From Bacteroidaceae bacterium (GTDB lineage Bacteria; Bacteroidota; Bacteroidia; Bacteroidales; Bacteroidaceae): a DNA stretch of 64,000 nucleotides. Where the stretch lies: contig JAZRYI010000103.1 of NCBI GenBank assembly GCA_045600665.1, positions 8,399 to 72,398 of the forward strand. Reading direction: 5' to 3'. The position numbers were made by a program, and so were the translations under genes. Position 1 is the first letter of the stretch; every line of letters begins with the position of its first letter. The notes beneath the pieces are model-generated. The model was not told the DNA's origin and did not search any database. It was given only the letters and a program-made list of their open reading frames with translations. Shown piece after piece: positions 36,901 through 48,174 of the stretch.

Positions 36901-38561
36901 TTCTTTGCCATTTCCAAAGCTACATTGATGTTCGGACAGATGTTCTTCTCACCAAGCAGCTTGTCAAACTTGTTATTTTCCAACACTTTGCGCACATTAT
37001 CGTTCACACCAGAGAGGATAACCTCGATGCCATTCTTGTGCGACATCTCGATGAGGTTCTGCAAGTTGTGCATACCAGTAGAGTCGATGAAAGGCACGCG
37101 GCGCATACGGATGATGCGCACAGTTGGCTTCTCTTCCATGTGGTTCATCAAGTCCTCAAACTTGTTTGCCATACCGAAGAAGTAAGGACCATTTATCTCA
37201 TAAACCTCCACATGCTCTGGGATTGCGAGATGCTCAATGTTGCCTGCTTCCATGTCTGTTTCCTCCTCAGGGTCAATCTCATCAGTGAGCACACGCACTT
37301 GAGTAGTCTCAGCCATGCGGCGCATGCACAACAGGCAAGCCAGCACGAGACCTACCTCGATAGCGATGGTGAGGTCGAACACAACTGTGAGGATGAATGT
37401 GAGCCAAAGCACAGTGATATCAGACTTAGGGTTGTGCATCAACTGCTTCACAGTGCGCCAGCCACTCATGTTGTAGCTCACGATGACGAGCACGCCAGCC
37501 AAGCAAGCCATTGGGATATAGTTTGCCAAAGGCATGAGGAAGAAGAAGATGAGCAAGAGCACTACAGCATGGATGATACCTGCCACTGGAGTCTTGCTAC
37601 CATTGCTGATGTTTGCCATTGTACGTGCGATAGCGCCTGTGGCAGGGATGCCACCAAAGATTGGCGACACGATGTTTGCTATGCCCTGACCAATAAGTTC
37701 CTGATTGCTATTGTGCTTGTGACCAATGATACCGTCAGCCACAGTAGCAGAAAGCAACGACTCTATAGCGCCGAGAATAGCAATAGTGATGGCAGGAGAA
37801 ACAAGCCCCTTTGCCTTCTCCCATGTGAGTTCTGGCACCACAGCATCTGGCATGGATGGATCGATAGTGAAGCGGTCACCAATTGTCTCTACATGAATGC
37901 CATAGCTGTCCATAATCACGCCAGCAAGAGTCATCACGATGATGGCAACGAGTGATCCTGGAATCTTCTTGTTGATAAGTGGAGTAGCAGCGATAATCAC
38001 TACGCTCGCCACGCCCACTATCGTTGTTGCGAGGTCTATAGTGCTGAAATTCTCAAAGTAGCATATCCACTTATTGATGAAGTCGGCAGGCACAGCACCC
38101 TCTATCTGCAAGCCAAACAAATCCTTGATTTGGGTAGAGAAAATAGTGAGCGCAATACCTGACGTGAAACCAATGATGATTGGGTAAGGAATATAGCTGA
38201 TGATTGTGCCAAGCTTGAATACGCCTAACAGTATCAGAAAAATACCAGCCATAACGGTTGCGATAGCAAGTCCTTCGATGCCATACTGAGCGATGATGCC
38301 GCTGATGATTACGATGAAAGCACCAGTTGGACCGCCTATCTGTACTCGGCTACCGCCAAAGGCAGAAATGATGAAACCTGCCACTATGGCAGTGAGGATA
38401 CCTTCCTTTGGACTCACTCCACTGGCAATACCGAATGCGATTGCAAGCGGGAGAGCTACAATACCAACGATGATACCTGCCATGAGATCGGCGGTAAACT
38501 TCTGTTTGTTGTAATTCTTGAGCGTGTACAACAGCTCAGGCTTAGATGTACGAATCTTCAT
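36897..38561 (-). CDS. SulP-family anion (sulfate) transporter with a C-terminal STAS domain
   Basis: 554 aa; many TM helices; the STAS-like tail is VRIIRMRRVPFIDSTGMHNL. Confidence 0.9.
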   Translation of the reverse strand: MKIRTSKPELLYTLKNYNKQKFTADLMAGIIVGIVALPLAIAFGIASGVSPKEGILTAIVAGFIISAFGGSRVQIGGPTGAFIVIISGIIAQYGIEGLAIATVMAGIFLILLGVFKLGTIISYIPYPIIIGFTSGIALTIFSTQIKDLFGLQIEGAVPADFINKWICYFENFSTIDLATTIVGVASVVIIAATPLINKKIPGSLVAIIVMTLAGVIMDSYGIHVETIGDRFTIDPSMPDAVVPELTWEKAKGLVSPAITIAILGAIESLLSATVADGIIGHKHNSNQELIGQGIANIVSPIFGGIPATGAIARTMANISNGSKTPVAGIIHAVVLLLIFFFLMPLANYIPMACLAGVLVIVSYNMSGWRTVKQLMHNPKSDITVLWLTFILTVVFDLTIAIEVGLVLACLLCMRRMAETTQVRVLTDEIDPEEETDMEAGNIEHLAIPEHVEVYEINGPYFFGMANKFEDLMNHMEEKPTVRIIRMRRVPFIDSTGMHNLQNLIEMSHKNGIEVILSGVNDNVRKVLENNKFDKLLGEKNICPNINVALEMAKK

Positions 38562-38594
38562 TACTTAACTAAACTTAATTAATACTTTTGCGTC

Positions 38595-39341
38595 TTATTT
38601 CTTTATTATCATCCTGAAAACAAACCAAATATGCATCATCACAGTGCTCAGCCATCCATAATGCTTAGCCATTATGCCGAATCTTTCCTTCAGCGAAGCC
38701 TTGTGATTTGCTGTCGTCATACCCTCTGAGAGGTAGTCTGTAAGAGTTGAGAGTTGAGAGTTACTAATCACTGGCACATTCTTCAAGCCTCTCTTCTTTC
38801 CCTCCTTCATGCAACGAATGCACCAATCGAAATCTGCCGAGAACCTATACTGTAAGTCATACTCCTGCGCCATGTCTCTTCTCACATAAAATGACTGATG
38901 GCATACCAGCATGCCGCTTCTGAACGACTTCCAAGTCAGCACCTTAGGCGGTCTCAATCTGCGCACATGAAGGAACTTGCCCGCATCATCCACTATATTC
39001 GTATCGCCGTATATCACGCCAGGCATACCCTCTTTCTCCGCAATCTTCAGCACTCTCTCTATCGTGTCCTCAGCATGTAGCTTATCGCCAGCATTCAAGA
39101 ACACCAAATAATCGCCAGTAGCCAGCCTAATGCCCTTGTTCATAGCGTCATACAATCCCTTGTCAGGCTCCGACACTACCTTTGCGTCATACCTCCTCAC
39201 AATCTCCAAGGTCCCATCTTTCGATGCTCCATCCACCACGATGTGCTCAATCTCGCCACACGTCTGCATCGCCACGCTCTTCATCGTGCGCTCCACCGTA
39301 GCATCAGCATTATATGTCACTGTGATAATGCTAACCTTCAT
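38595..39341 (-). CDS. Family 2 glycosyltransferase
   Basis: The start MKVSIITVTYN is at 39341; DGASKDGT and the DxD-like GDYLVFLNAGD motif are present. It overlaps the upstream GT4 gene by 11 nt. Confidence 0.8.
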   Translation of the reverse strand: MKVSIITVTYNADATVERTMKSVAMQTCGEIEHIVVDGASKDGTLEIVRRYDAKVVSEPDKGLYDAMNKGIRLATGDYLVFLNAGDKLHAEDTIERVLKIAEKEGMPGVIYGDTNIVDDAGKFLHVRRLRPPKVLTWKSFRSGMLVCHQSFYVRRDMAQEYDLQYRFSADFDWCIRCMKEGKKRGLKNVPVISNSQLSTLTDYLSEGMTTANHKASLKERFGIMAKHYGWLSTVMMHIWFVFRMIIKK

Positions 39342-40572
39342 ACACTTCCACATATTTGCGTGCCACAGCCTCCTCACCATACGTCGAAATCGCTTTCTCG
39401 CGAGCATTCTTGCACAGAGCATCATAGTCAGAAGTCAGAGCCCATACCACGCCATTGGCAAAGTCGTCAGCGTTCTTATACTCCGCCACATACCCATTCT
39501 CCTTATGATCTATCATCTCAGGTATGCCACCCACGTTGAATCCTACGCAAGGCACGCCGCAAGCCATCGATTCTACTATCGTATTTGGCAGATTGTCTTG
39601 AAGCGAAGGGGTAACATACAGATCCATAGCGTTGTACAGCATCACCATCTTGTTCGTGTCACTCACATACGACACTGGTATCACATTGAATGGGACTTCA
39701 TCCTGTACCTTCTCCGAATCGCCACCCACCACTACAAGCTCTATCCCTGCAGCCAGCGTCTCATCATTCTGCTTGATTATGTTCAGCGCATCCACCAACA
39801 GCTTGAATCCTTTTCTCTCATCCGTAATCCTCTGACTGCCAAACAGCAACAGCTTCTTATCCATTGGCAATCCGAACTCCTTTCTTGCTTCAGCCTTATC
39901 CTTGGCGCAGAACATCTCCGTGTCAATAGCATTCGGTATGTTCACCACCTTCTTTCCCTCCGTCAGCTTGGAGCTGCGTGCCAAATCAGCAATCCACTTG
40001 CTGCATCCCACAAATGTCAGCTTCACATCTTTATATATATTCATCTTCTGCTCAAACACGCTCCTTGCCAAATCGCCCAGCAATCCCTTCTTCATCAACT
40101 GGCAGTCCTCGCACATCACTCTATACTTCTCGCACTCGCCAGAGTAGTGGCACACGCCAGTGAAATACCACTGATCGTGCATCGTTATCACCACAGGCTT
40201 GCCCGAGTGCATGATTTTGTCAATATTCCGCATTGACAGAAAACCTTGGTTCACCCAGTGCAGATGAATCACATCAGCTCTCTTGAACTCAGTCATCTCT
40301 GTCACGTCCGTACCCACATTAGCAATATCCACCTGAAACAGGTTCTTCCTGTTCAATCCGTTGGCAAAGAATATCACCGCGCGTTCCCACACAAACTTCA
40401 GTGGCAACAACCAGCTTGCGGCAACCGACACCACTGTCAGGTGGTCTGTCTGCTTGTCACGCACCAGCATTTTGGCCTTCACGCCATGCTTTTTCAGCGC
40501 TTCCATCAGTCGGTTTGCTGCTATCGCCGCACCGCCAATTCGCTCTGAAGTATTGATGATAAGTACTCTCAT
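39331..40572 (-). CDS. Family 4 (GT-B) glycosyltransferase
   Basis: 413 aa; MRVLIINTSERIGGAAIAA start; C-terminal E.FG....EAMACG.P-type motif (LPNTIVESMACGVPCVG). Confidence 0.8.
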   Translation of the reverse strand: MRVLIINTSERIGGAAIAANRLMEALKKHGVKAKMLVRDKQTDHLTVVSVAASWLLPLKFVWERAVIFFANGLNRKNLFQVDIANVGTDVTEMTEFKRADVIHLHWVNQGFLSMRNIDKIMHSGKPVVITMHDQWYFTGVCHYSGECEKYRVMCEDCQLMKKGLLGDLARSVFEQKMNIYKDVKLTFVGCSKWIADLARSSKLTEGKKVVNIPNAIDTEMFCAKDKAEARKEFGLPMDKKLLLFGSQRITDERKGFKLLVDALNIIKQNDETLAAGIELVVVGGDSEKVQDEVPFNVIPVSYVSDTNKMVMLYNAMDLYVTPSLQDNLPNTIVESMACGVPCVGFNVGGIPEMIDHKENGYVAEYKNADDFANGVVWALTSDYDALCKNAREKAISTYGEEAVARKYVEVYEG

Positions 40573-40587
40573 TTGTTATATTTTGTG

Positions 40588-40595
40588 CAAAGTTA
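40588..40595 (-). promoter_or_regulatory. Candidate -7 box TAACTTTG for the GT4-GT2-SulP-oxidoreductase gene string
   Basis: Reverse complement of CAAAGTTA; 16 nt upstream of ATG 40572. Confidence 0.45.
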
Positions 40596-40636
40596 CGCTT
40601 TTTTCACGAACTACACTGAAAAAAAAATAAAAAATG

Positions 40637-40668
40637 TTTGGAAGTTTCCCCAAAACACCCTACCTTTG
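40637..40668 (+). promoter_or_regulatory. Candidate promoter (-33 TTTG 40637-40640, -7 TACCTTTG 40661-40668) for tRNA-Asn
   Basis: Both boxes are exact with 20-nt spacing; 27 nt before the tRNA 5' end. Confidence 0.5.
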
Positions 40669-40694
40669 CATCGCTTTTCAAAACCTAACATACT

Positions 40695-40768
40695 GCTTCA
40701 GTAGCTCAGTTGGTTAGAGCACATGACTGTTAATCATGGGGTCGTTGGTTCAAGCCCATCCTGGAGCG
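40695..40768 (+). tRNA. tRNA-Asn (anticodon GTT)
   Basis: Hand-folded. The acceptor stem is GCTTCAG/CTGGAGC (one G-U) and the D arm is GCTC-AGTTGGTTA-GAGC. The anticodon arm is CATGA-CTGTTAA-TCATG and the T arm is GTTGG-TTCAAGC-CCATC (one U-U). Length is 74 nt and CCA is not encoded. Confidence 0.9.
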
Positions 40769-40802
40769 CAAAAAGAGCTTGCATTCGTTGCAAGCTCTTT
40801 TT
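40769..40802. terminator. Bidirectional terminator between tRNA-Asn and trkH
   Basis: A-tract, GAGCTTGC/GCAAGCTC stem, T5. Confidence 0.75.
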
Positions 40803-40847
40803 GTGTTTGTATGAATCTCAAAAAAATCGTAGAAGCACACGCTTCCT

Positions 40848-42332
40848 CTATCCTTTCTTCCAGAAGCTGCGAGTGAATATAATCATGATTGGGAAGATCT
40901 CGAGACGGCCAATCAGCATGAGGAAGGAGCATACGTATTTGGCAAGAGGGGAGAGGATTGCCCATGAGTGGACAGGGCCATAGTAACCCATGCCTGGACC
41001 TACGTTGCTGATGCTGGACATAGCGATGCCGAAGGCTTCATAGTAGTCGAAGTTAGGGTGTACATCATTAGGATCCACGCCAGTGAGGGCGAGGATGAAG
41101 GCACCGAAGAAGAGCGAGCATACGAAGAGAGCAACGAAGCCGATGAGGGTTTGCACGATGCTGGAATTGACCACATTGCCATTGAGATGGACTGGAGTAA
41201 CGGCACGGGGATGGAGGATGCGAGTGAACTCGTTGCGTAGCACGCGATATATGATGCTGAGACGAATGCACTTGAAGCCGCCGCTCGTACTGCCTGAACA
41301 TGCACCTGCAAACATCACGAAAAGTAGTACCGGCATGAGCTGCACAGGCCAAAGCGTGTAGTCGTAGGTGGCAAGTCCTGTGGTTGTTTGCAGGGATATG
41401 ACTGTGAAGAAGCTCTGGCGAATGGCAAGTTCGAGGTCGTGCAGCGGATCGGTGATCATGAGAGTGATGATGCAAACAAGCGATGCAACAACCACAATGA
41501 TGAGGTAGCATCGGAACTCAGCATCGCTGAAGAACTGCCTGATGCGCCCTTTGAGGATAGTATAATATATTAATGTGAAGTTTACGCCCGAAATGAACAT
41601 GAAGAATATCAATACATACTCTATGGCAGGCGAGTTGTACACTTCATGCAGAAGCGCTGAGTGAGTGCCATAGCCTCCAGTGGCTGTAGTGCAGAAAGCG
41701 TAATTGATGGAATCGAACAGATCCATTCCGCTTATTTTCAGGCATAACATGCACAGCAGTGTGAGTATCACATACACGCCGCCTATCCATCGGGCGGCAA
41801 CGCTGATGCGAGGGTGCACCTTGTCGTGGAGCGGTCCTGTGGATTCAGCCGCAAACAGCTTAACCTCGCCCACACCGAATGCTGGGAGAATGGCAATAGT
41901 GAAGAATACGATGCCTATGCCGCCCACCCACTGGGTGACGCTTCGCCAGAATAGAAGTCCCTTAGGCATTGAGTCAAGGTCGTCGATTATGGTAGCGCCC
42001 GTGCTGGTGAAGCCAGACATGGTTTCGAAAAACGCGCTTGCCAAGTCAGGAATGGAACCATCGAGCAAGAACGGAGCCATGCCTATGAGCGTGAACACTA
42101 TCCACACAAGCGAGACGACCAGGTAGCCGTCCTTGCGCCCCATATTCTTGCCTGCATTCTTTCCGAGCGCTATGCCTGCTGCGCCAAGCAGCAAAGCCAC
42201 GCAAATCGGAGGAACGAATGCTTTCATTCCTTCTTCGTAAATCCAGCTCACGATTTGGCATAATGCCATCAATCCTGCCTCGATGAAGAGGAGGATGCCC
42301 ATTATTTTGAGTATGAGACGAGTGTTTATCAA
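40848..42332 (-). CDS. trkH: TrkH-family potassium uptake membrane protein
   Basis: 494 aa polytopic protein with repeated selectivity-filter-like motifs (TSTGAT, TTATGGYG, TTTGLAT). Confidence 0.9.
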   Translation of the reverse strand: MINTRLILKIMGILLFIEAGLMALCQIVSWIYEEGMKAFVPPICVALLLGAAGIALGKNAGKNMGRKDGYLVVSLVWIVFTLIGMAPFLLDGSIPDLASAFFETMSGFTSTGATIIDDLDSMPKGLLFWRSVTQWVGGIGIVFFTIAILPAFGVGEVKLFAAESTGPLHDKVHPRISVAARWIGGVYVILTLLCMLCLKISGMDLFDSINYAFCTTATGGYGTHSALLHEVYNSPAIEYVLIFFMFISGVNFTLIYYTILKGRIRQFFSDAEFRCYLIIVVVASLVCIITLMITDPLHDLELAIRQSFFTVISLQTTTGLATYDYTLWPVQLMPVLLFVMFAGACSGSTSGGFKCIRLSIIYRVLRNEFTRILHPRAVTPVHLNGNVVNSSIVQTLIGFVALFVCSLFFGAFILALTGVDPNDVHPNFDYYEAFGIAMSSISNVGPGMGYYGPVHSWAILSPLAKYVCSFLMLIGRLEIFPIMIIFTRSFWKKG

Positions 42333-42390
42333 GAGTTTTGGGGTTTTGAGTTGAAAGATGAGAGTTGAGAGAGGGTAGGAGAGGTAGTGA

Positions 42391-43773
42391 CTATTTGAAA
42401 AGTCTGTCGAGCTTGCGAAGCGTGCTGCCGATGCAGAACACCACTACCTTGTCGCCTGCCTGAAGCTGAGTGCGACCGCTAACGAGCATCGACTTGCCGT
42501 CGCGCGACATGCCACCAATGTTCACGCCGCGAGGAATGCCTAATTCCATGACAGGCTTCTTCGTCACCTTCGAACCTGGGTTGACCACAAACTCCGCCAC
42601 GTCTGCGCTTGCCACGGTGAGCATCTTCATGTTGTCCACGTCGCCCTTGAGCAGCATGCGGTATATGTGGCTGGCAGCAATAGTCTTTTTATTGATGATA
42701 GTTCCTACATCGAGGTCGTTTGCCATGTCGAAGTAGTCGATATTCTCCACCTGAGCTATTGTCTTGCGTATGCCCTTGCGGCGAGCAGCGACACAGGCAA
42801 GGATATTCTCCTGGTCGTTGTCGGTGAGCGACACCAATGCCTCAAGGCTGCCAAAGCCTTCATCGTTGAGGAGTTCCATGTCGTAGCCCTCACCATTGAC
42901 AATGAGAGTGCCTGGCTTGACCAAAGAGCCAAGTGCCTCGCATCGAGCGAAATCCGACTCAATGATTTTCACGCCCTGGCGATTGTCGTACAGTTTCCAG
43001 CTTGCTCTCACCGATAGTTTTCCGCCGCCCACAATGAGGCAGTTCTTTACGGATGGATAGGAATCCTTGCCCGAGAGATGGCGAATGGCATCCAGGCCAT
43101 CCTTTGTTGTCATGAAGAACACAAGGTCGCGAGCAAGTATCATCTCATCACCGTTAGGAATGATAGTTTCACCCTCGCGCTTGATAGCCACTACGTGGAA
43201 ATGGTGGCCGTGAGCAATACCTATTTCCCTGAGGGTGTGACCAACGAGCTGATTGTTCTCATTGCGAATCTCCTTGTCGTACATAGGGTGGGAGTCGTGC
43301 ATCTTCACGCTGAGCAGGAGTAGCTCGCCTCCATTGAATTCCCACAACTGACGCACCCAGCTATACTTGGCACTTGCAGCAATGTCCTGAGCAGCAAGCA
43401 GCTCTGGATAGATGAGCGACTCGATGCCCATCTGCTTGAAGTATTGCAAGTTGTCTGGTTGCATGTATTCAAAGTTGTCCACTCGTGCCACGGTCTTCTT
43501 CGCGCCGAGCTGCTTGGCAAGCATAGCGCAAGCAAGATTCTCGCTCTCGTGCGGAGTGACCGCAATGAACAAGTCAACACCAGCCACGCCAGCATCCTTC
43601 AGTCCCTGAATGGATGTAGGTGACTTGGCTATGGTCTTGATGTCGAGATCGGAGTTGAGACGAACCAACTTCTCCTCTTCCTGATCCATCAGCACTACGT
43701 CCATGTTGTCGCGAGACAAAAGGCGTGCCAAGTGAGTTCCTACGGCTCCTGCGCCGGCAATGATTATCTTCAT
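42391..43773 (-). CDS. trkA: Trk system potassium uptake protein TrkA (double RCK)
   Basis: 460 aa; [12 protein letters not shown] and a second IVGGGKL Rossmann motif. Confidence 0.92.
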   Translation of the reverse strand: MKIIIAGAGAVGTHLARLLSRDNMDVVLMDQEEEKLVRLNSDLDIKTIAKSPTSIQGLKDAGVAGVDLFIAVTPHESENLACAMLAKQLGAKKTVARVDNFEYMQPDNLQYFKQMGIESLIYPELLAAQDIAASAKYSWVRQLWEFNGGELLLLSVKMHDSHPMYDKEIRNENNQLVGHTLREIGIAHGHHFHVVAIKREGETIIPNGDEMILARDLVFFMTTKDGLDAIRHLSGKDSYPSVKNCLIVGGGKLSVRASWKLYDNRQGVKIIESDFARCEALGSLVKPGTLIVNGEGYDMELLNDEGFGSLEALVSLTDNDQENILACVAARRKGIRKTIAQVENIDYFDMANDLDVGTIINKKTIAASHIYRMLLKGDVDNMKMLTVASADVAEFVVNPGSKVTKKPVMELGIPRGVNIGGMSRDGKSMLVSGRTQLQAGDKVVVFCIGSTLRKLDRLFK

Positions 43774-45665
43774 AATAAAATTAATTTCGCAATGCTTTCA
43801 GCATCCATCTTGCAAATCTCTCTGAGCTGAGCAACAGTGCCATGCTCCACAAACTCATCAGGCATGCCAACGCGGATCACCTGCGCAGTATAGCCCTTGT
43901 CGGCAAAGTGTTCGAGCACAGCAGAGCCAAGTCCTCCCTTCACAGCACCATCCTCCACAGTGATGACCTTCTTGCAGTTCTTGCCCACCTCATCGAGTAT
44001 ATCTGTATCTATTGGTTTCACGAATCGCATGTCATAATGCGCCACATTCTCAGCACCTTGCGCCTCTGCCATCTTGATAGCCTTCGCTGCCTCCGTGCCA
44101 ATAGGGCCAAGGCTGAGCACAGCAATGCCCTTGCCATCCTTCAGCTTGCGACCCTTGCCCACTGGTATCTCCTCAAAGTCGCAGTGCCAGTCTGCCACAC
44201 TGCCGCAGCCGCGAGGATAGCGGATGACGAATGGTCCCTTATCTGGAAGCTGAGCCGTGTACATGAGCTTGCGAAGCTCCGTCTCATCGAAAGGCGATGC
44301 GATAGTGAGGTTTGGTATTGGGCGAAGGAATGCGAGGTCGTATGCGCCATGATGCGTAGGACCATCCTCGCCCACTATGCCTGCGCGGTCGAGGCACAGC
44401 ACCATATTGAGGTTCATTGTAGCGACGTCGTGAATGATATTGTCATACGCACGCTGCATGAACGAAGAGTATATGTTGCAGAAAGGCATCAGCCCGTCCT
44501 TTGCCATGCCGCCTGTGAAAGTGACTGCATGACCTTCAGCAATGCCAACGTCGAACACTCGCTCTGGCATAGCCTTCATCATTATGTTCATCGAGCAGCC
44601 TGTAGGCATGGCAGGAGTGACGCCGACGATGTTTGGGTTCTGCTGAGCAAGCTCAAGCAATGTCATGCCGAACACATCCTGGAACTTTGGAGGCTGTGGC
44701 TTGTTGCTGTGCGACACGATGCGCTCGCCCGACTCATAGTCGAACTTGCCAGGAGCGTGCCACACAGTAGCGTTCTCCTCGGCAGGGGCATATCCCTTGC
44801 CTTTCTTTGTGTGGATGTGCAGGATTTTTGGTCCTTCCATGTTCTTGATGGCATTGAGAATGCGGACGAGTTCCACCACGTCGTGTCCATCGGTAGGGCC
44901 AAAGTAGCGAATGTCCATGCCTTCAAACATGTTCTTCTGACGAGTGAGCACAGACTTGAGGCTGTTGTTGAAACGTATGAGCCCCTTGCGGCGTGTCTCT
45001 GTCAGCACGCCTACATCAAACAGTTTGCGAGACACGCGGTAGCGAATATCGTTGTATGTGCTATTGGTTGTGAGCTGCAAAAGATATTTGCGCATACCGC
45101 CCACGCTATTGTCTATCGACATGTGGTTATCATTCAATATGATAAGCATGTCATTGGGAGTGCTTGACGCATTGTTTATGCCCTCGAATGCCAGTCCACC
45201 ACTCATAGCGCCGTCGCCAATCACAGCCACCACTTTGCGCTTCTCGCCCTTGAGCTTGGCTGCTACAGCCATGCCGAGAGCCGCAGAGATGGAGTTGCTG
45301 GCGTGTCCGCAGCAGAAGCTGTCATACTCGCTCTCGTATGGGTGAGGGAAAGGCTTTATGCCATGCAGTTTTCTATTGGTGCAGAATCGGTCGCGACGAC
45401 CAGTGAGTATCTTGTGTCCGTATGCCTGGTGACCAACGTCCCAGACTATGCGGTCGTAGGGGGTATCAAATACGTAATGAAGGGCAATGGTGAGCTCCAC
45501 CACGCCAAGGCTCGATGCCAAATGCCCAGGATTGTGCGACAGCTCCTCGATAATGTCGCGTCGCAGCTCTTCACAAACAGCGGGCAATTCTTCCACCTTG
45601 AGTTTGCGAAGGTCAACTGGGTAATCTATCTTTGACAAGTATGTATATTCTTTCTTATCCACCAT
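43770..45665 (-). CDS. dxs: 1-deoxy-D-xylulose-5-phosphate synthase
   Basis: I place the start at ATG 45665 ([13 protein letters not shown]) because the -7 box at 45684-45691 overlaps the longer ORF start. [11 protein letters not shown] motif. The 4-nt overlap with trkA suggests an operon. Confidence 0.93.
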   Translation of the reverse strand: MVDKKEYTYLSKIDYPVDLRKLKVEELPAVCEELRRDIIEELSHNPGHLASSLGVVELTIALHYVFDTPYDRIVWDVGHQAYGHKILTGRRDRFCTNRKLHGIKPFPHPYESEYDSFCCGHASNSISAALGMAVAAKLKGEKRKVVAVIGDGAMSGGLAFEGINNASSTPNDMLIILNDNHMSIDNSVGGMRKYLLQLTTNSTYNDIRYRVSRKLFDVGVLTETRRKGLIRFNNSLKSVLTRQKNMFEGMDIRYFGPTDGHDVVELVRILNAIKNMEGPKILHIHTKKGKGYAPAEENATVWHAPGKFDYESGERIVSHSNKPQPPKFQDVFGMTLLELAQQNPNIVGVTPAMPTGCSMNIMMKAMPERVFDVGIAEGHAVTFTGGMAKDGLMPFCNIYSSFMQRAYDNIIHDVATMNLNMVLCLDRAGIVGEDGPTHHGAYDLAFLRPIPNLTIASPFDETELRKLMYTAQLPDKGPFVIRYPRGCGSVADWHCDFEEIPVGKGRKLKDGKGIAVLSLGPIGTEAAKAIKMAEAQGAENVAHYDMRFVKPIDTDILDEVGKNCKKVITVEDGAVKGGLGSAVLEHFADKGYTAQVIRVGMPDEFVEHGTVAQLREICKMDAESIAKLILL

Positions 45666-45683
45666 ATTAAGCCAAATATCGTG

Positions 45684-45691
45684 CAAAATTA
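45684..45691 (-). promoter_or_regulatory. Candidate -7 box TAATTTTG for dxs-trkA-trkH
   Basis: Reverse complement of CAAAATTA; 19 nt upstream of ATG 45665. Confidence 0.45.
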
Positions 45692-45723
45692 AGCATTTTA
45701 TTCCTTATTAAATAATTTTTCCT

Positions 45724-45731
45724 TAACTTTG
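45724..45731 (+). promoter_or_regulatory. Candidate -7 box TAACTTTG for metG
   Basis: Exact TAnnTTTG 27 nt before ATG 45758. Confidence 0.45.
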
Positions 45732-45757
45732 CACCTAAATTAAGCAAAAAAACGAAA

Positions 45758-47827
45758 ATGGAACAAAAGAATTTCAAACGAACAACAGTAACAGCAGCTT
45801 TGCCATACGCCAACGGTCCAGTTCACATCGGACACCTCGCTGGCGTGTATGTGCCTGCTGACATATATGTTCGCTACCTTCGCCTCAAGGGTAAAGAAGT
45901 TATCTTCATAGGCGGTAGCGATGAGCACGGTGTGCCAGTCACTATCCGTGCCAAGAAAGAGGGTATCACAGTTCAGGACGTGGTTGACCGCTACCACGGC
46001 ATCATCAAGAAGTCGTTTGAGGACTTCGGCATAAGCTTCGACATCTACAGTCGCACCACAAGCGACATTCACCATAAGTTTGCTGCAGACTTCTTCCGCA
46101 AGCTCTATGATGAGGGCAAGCTCGTGGAGAAGGTGGAGGAGCAGTATTGTGATGCTGTGACAGGCGAGTTCCTCACCGACCGCAACATCGTTGGCACATG
46201 TCCACGCTGTGGCGCCGAGGGTGCTTACGGCGACCAGTGCGAGAAGTGTGGCGCAGCCCTTTCTCCTTCCGAACTTATCAACCCAACCAACAAGAACAAT
46301 CCAGGCAATCCACTTGAGTTGCGTGCCACAAAGAACTGGTATCTCCCACTTGGCGACCACCAGGAGTGGCTCAAGCAGTGGATTCTCGACGGACATAAGG
46401 AGTGGCGCACCAACGTGTATGGCCAGTGCAAGTCATGGCTCGACATGGATCTGCAGCCACGCGCAATGACTCGCGACCTCGACTGGGGCATTCCTGTACC
46501 AGTGGAAGGTGCAGAGGGCAAGGTGCTCTATGTTTGGTTCGATGCCCCAATCGGCTATATTTCAAACACAAAGGAACTCTGCGACCGTGAACCAAAGAAG
46601 TGGGGCACATGGCAGAAGTGGTGGCAGGATGACGAGGGCGGCTTGGTCCATTTCATTGGCAAGGACAACATCGTGTTCCACTGCCTCATCTTCCCTACTA
46701 TGATGCGCGCTCATGGCAATTACATCATGCCAGACAATGTGCCAAGCAATGAGTTCCTCAATCTCGAAGGCAACAAGATTTCTACATCTAAGAACTACGC
46801 TGTTTGGCTCAACGAATATCTCGAAGAGCTTCCAAACCGTCAGGACGAGCTTCGCTATGTGCTCACTGCCAATGCGCCTGAGACAAAGGACAACGACTTC
46901 ACTTGGGCTGATTTCCAGGCTCGCTGCAACAATGAGCTTGTAGCTGTGTATGGCAACTTCGTGAACCGTGCTCTCCAGCTGACTCAGAAGTACTATGATG
47001 GCATCGTGCCTGAGTGTGGCGAGCTCACAGAGACCGACAAGGCAACATTCGCTGAGTTTGCAACAGTGAAGGATAAGGTTGAGGCTCTTCTCGAAGCCTT
47101 CAAGTTCCGCGAGGCACAGAAAGAGGCAATGAACCTCGCTCGCATCGGCAACAAGTACATTGCTGACGAAGAGCCTTGGAAGGTCATCAAGACTGACCCA
47201 GAGCGTGTCAAGACCATCATCTTCATCTCATTGCAGCTCACTGCCAACCTTGCAATCGCATTCGAGCCATTCCTCCCATTCTCATCAGCAAAGCTTCGCC
47301 AGATGATCAACATGGAAGACTTCAAGTGGGAAGAGCTCGGCAACACAAACCTTCTCCCTGCAGGCAAGCAGCTCAACAAGCCAAGCCTCCTCTTCTCTAA
47401 GATAGAGGATGAGGTGATCAAGTTCCAGATGGACAAGCTTGAAGCAACAATCAAGGCAAATGCTGAGGCGAACGCTGAGGCAGCACCAGTGAAGGAAACA
47501 ATCTCGTTCGACGATTTCCAAAAGATAGACATTCGTGTGGCTAAGGTGCTTGAGTGTGAGCGTGTTCCAAAGATGAAGAAGCTCCTCAAGTTCAAGCTCG
47601 ACGATGGCACTCCTAAGGGACGCACAATCGTGAGCGGCATCAGCCAGTGGTACGAGCCAGAGCAGCTCGTAGGCAAGGAGGTTCTCTTCATTGCCAACCT
47701 CGCTCCACGCGAGTTCAAGAACGGCCTCGTCAGCGAAGGCATGATCCTCTCAGCCGAAAACTGGGACGGCAGCATCAGCGTGACAACCGTCGAGCACGAA
47801 GTGAAGGGCGGTAGCCAGGTCTGCTAA
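45758..47827 (+). CDS. metG: Methionine--tRNA ligase with a C-terminal tRNA-binding (EMAP/Trbp111-like) domain
   Basis: 689 aa; HIGH-type ANGPVHIGH; KISTSK (KMSKS); CPRC..C.KC zinc knuckle. Confidence 0.96.
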   Translation: MEQKNFKRTTVTAALPYANGPVHIGHLAGVYVPADIYVRYLRLKGKEVIFIGGSDEHGVPVTIRAKKEGITVQDVVDRYHGIIKKSFEDFGISFDIYSRTTSDIHHKFAADFFRKLYDEGKLVEKVEEQYCDAVTGEFLTDRNIVGTCPRCGAEGAYGDQCEKCGAALSPSELINPTNKNNPGNPLELRATKNWYLPLGDHQEWLKQWILDGHKEWRTNVYGQCKSWLDMDLQPRAMTRDLDWGIPVPVEGAEGKVLYVWFDAPIGYISNTKELCDREPKKWGTWQKWWQDDEGGLVHFIGKDNIVFHCLIFPTMMRAHGNYIMPDNVPSNEFLNLEGNKISTSKNYAVWLNEYLEELPNRQDELRYVLTANAPETKDNDFTWADFQARCNNELVAVYGNFVNRALQLTQKYYDGIVPECGELTETDKATFAEFATVKDKVEALLEAFKFREAQKEAMNLARIGNKYIADEEPWKVIKTDPERVKTIIFISLQLTANLAIAFEPFLPFSSAKLRQMINMEDFKWEELGNTNLLPAGKQLNKPSLLFSKIEDEVIKFQMDKLEATIKANAEANAEAAPVKETISFDDFQKIDIRVAKVLECERVPKMKKLLKFKLDDGTPKGRTIVSGISQWYEPEQLVGKEVLFIANLAPREFKNGLVSEGMILSAENWDGSISVTTVEHEVKGGSQVC

Positions 47828-47851
47828 TATATTATATATAATGTATCACCC

Positions 47852-47889
47852 AAAAGCACAAGTGCCCAAGTGGCGCTTGTGCTTTTTTT
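47852..47889 (+). terminator. Rho-independent terminator after metG
   Basis: AGCACAAGTGCC/GGCGCTTGTGCT stem (one G-U) followed by T7. Confidence 0.75.
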
Positions 47890-47906
47890 CGTACTGTGCG
47901 GTTGAA
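47889..47906. repeat. Left arm of an 18/19-bp inverted repeat
   Basis: TCGTACTGTGCGGTTGAA; its reverse complement matches 48175-48192 at 17/18 (18/19 with one flanking pair). Confidence 0.8.
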
Positions 47907-48174
47907 TCTCAAATTTTCACTTTGCCTGGAATTTATCGAACCACTCGTTACTCATCACACTCACCATTTAAACACAAGAAGATTAGAGCGTTAGACATGT
48001 GACGAGTGTTTTGATTTTCTTTTACCTTCAACCATTCATGAAATTGCTTTCACAGGATGCCGTTACTCGCTTCTTGTGAATGCCGTTATTCAAGCCGTGC
48101 GATTAAGATTAGTCGTACCGCATGAATAAGAGTATTCACACAGCGTGAATAAATAGGTTGCAGTCAATGTGTTT

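Noticed and set aside
40695-40768. The U-U mismatch in the T stem (GTTGG / CCATC) of tRNA-Asn raised the possibility of a tRNA pseudogene.
   Set aside because: All other stems, the loop sizes, the 74-nt length, and a dedicated promoter and terminator are canonical. A single 50-64 mismatch is tolerated in real tRNAs.
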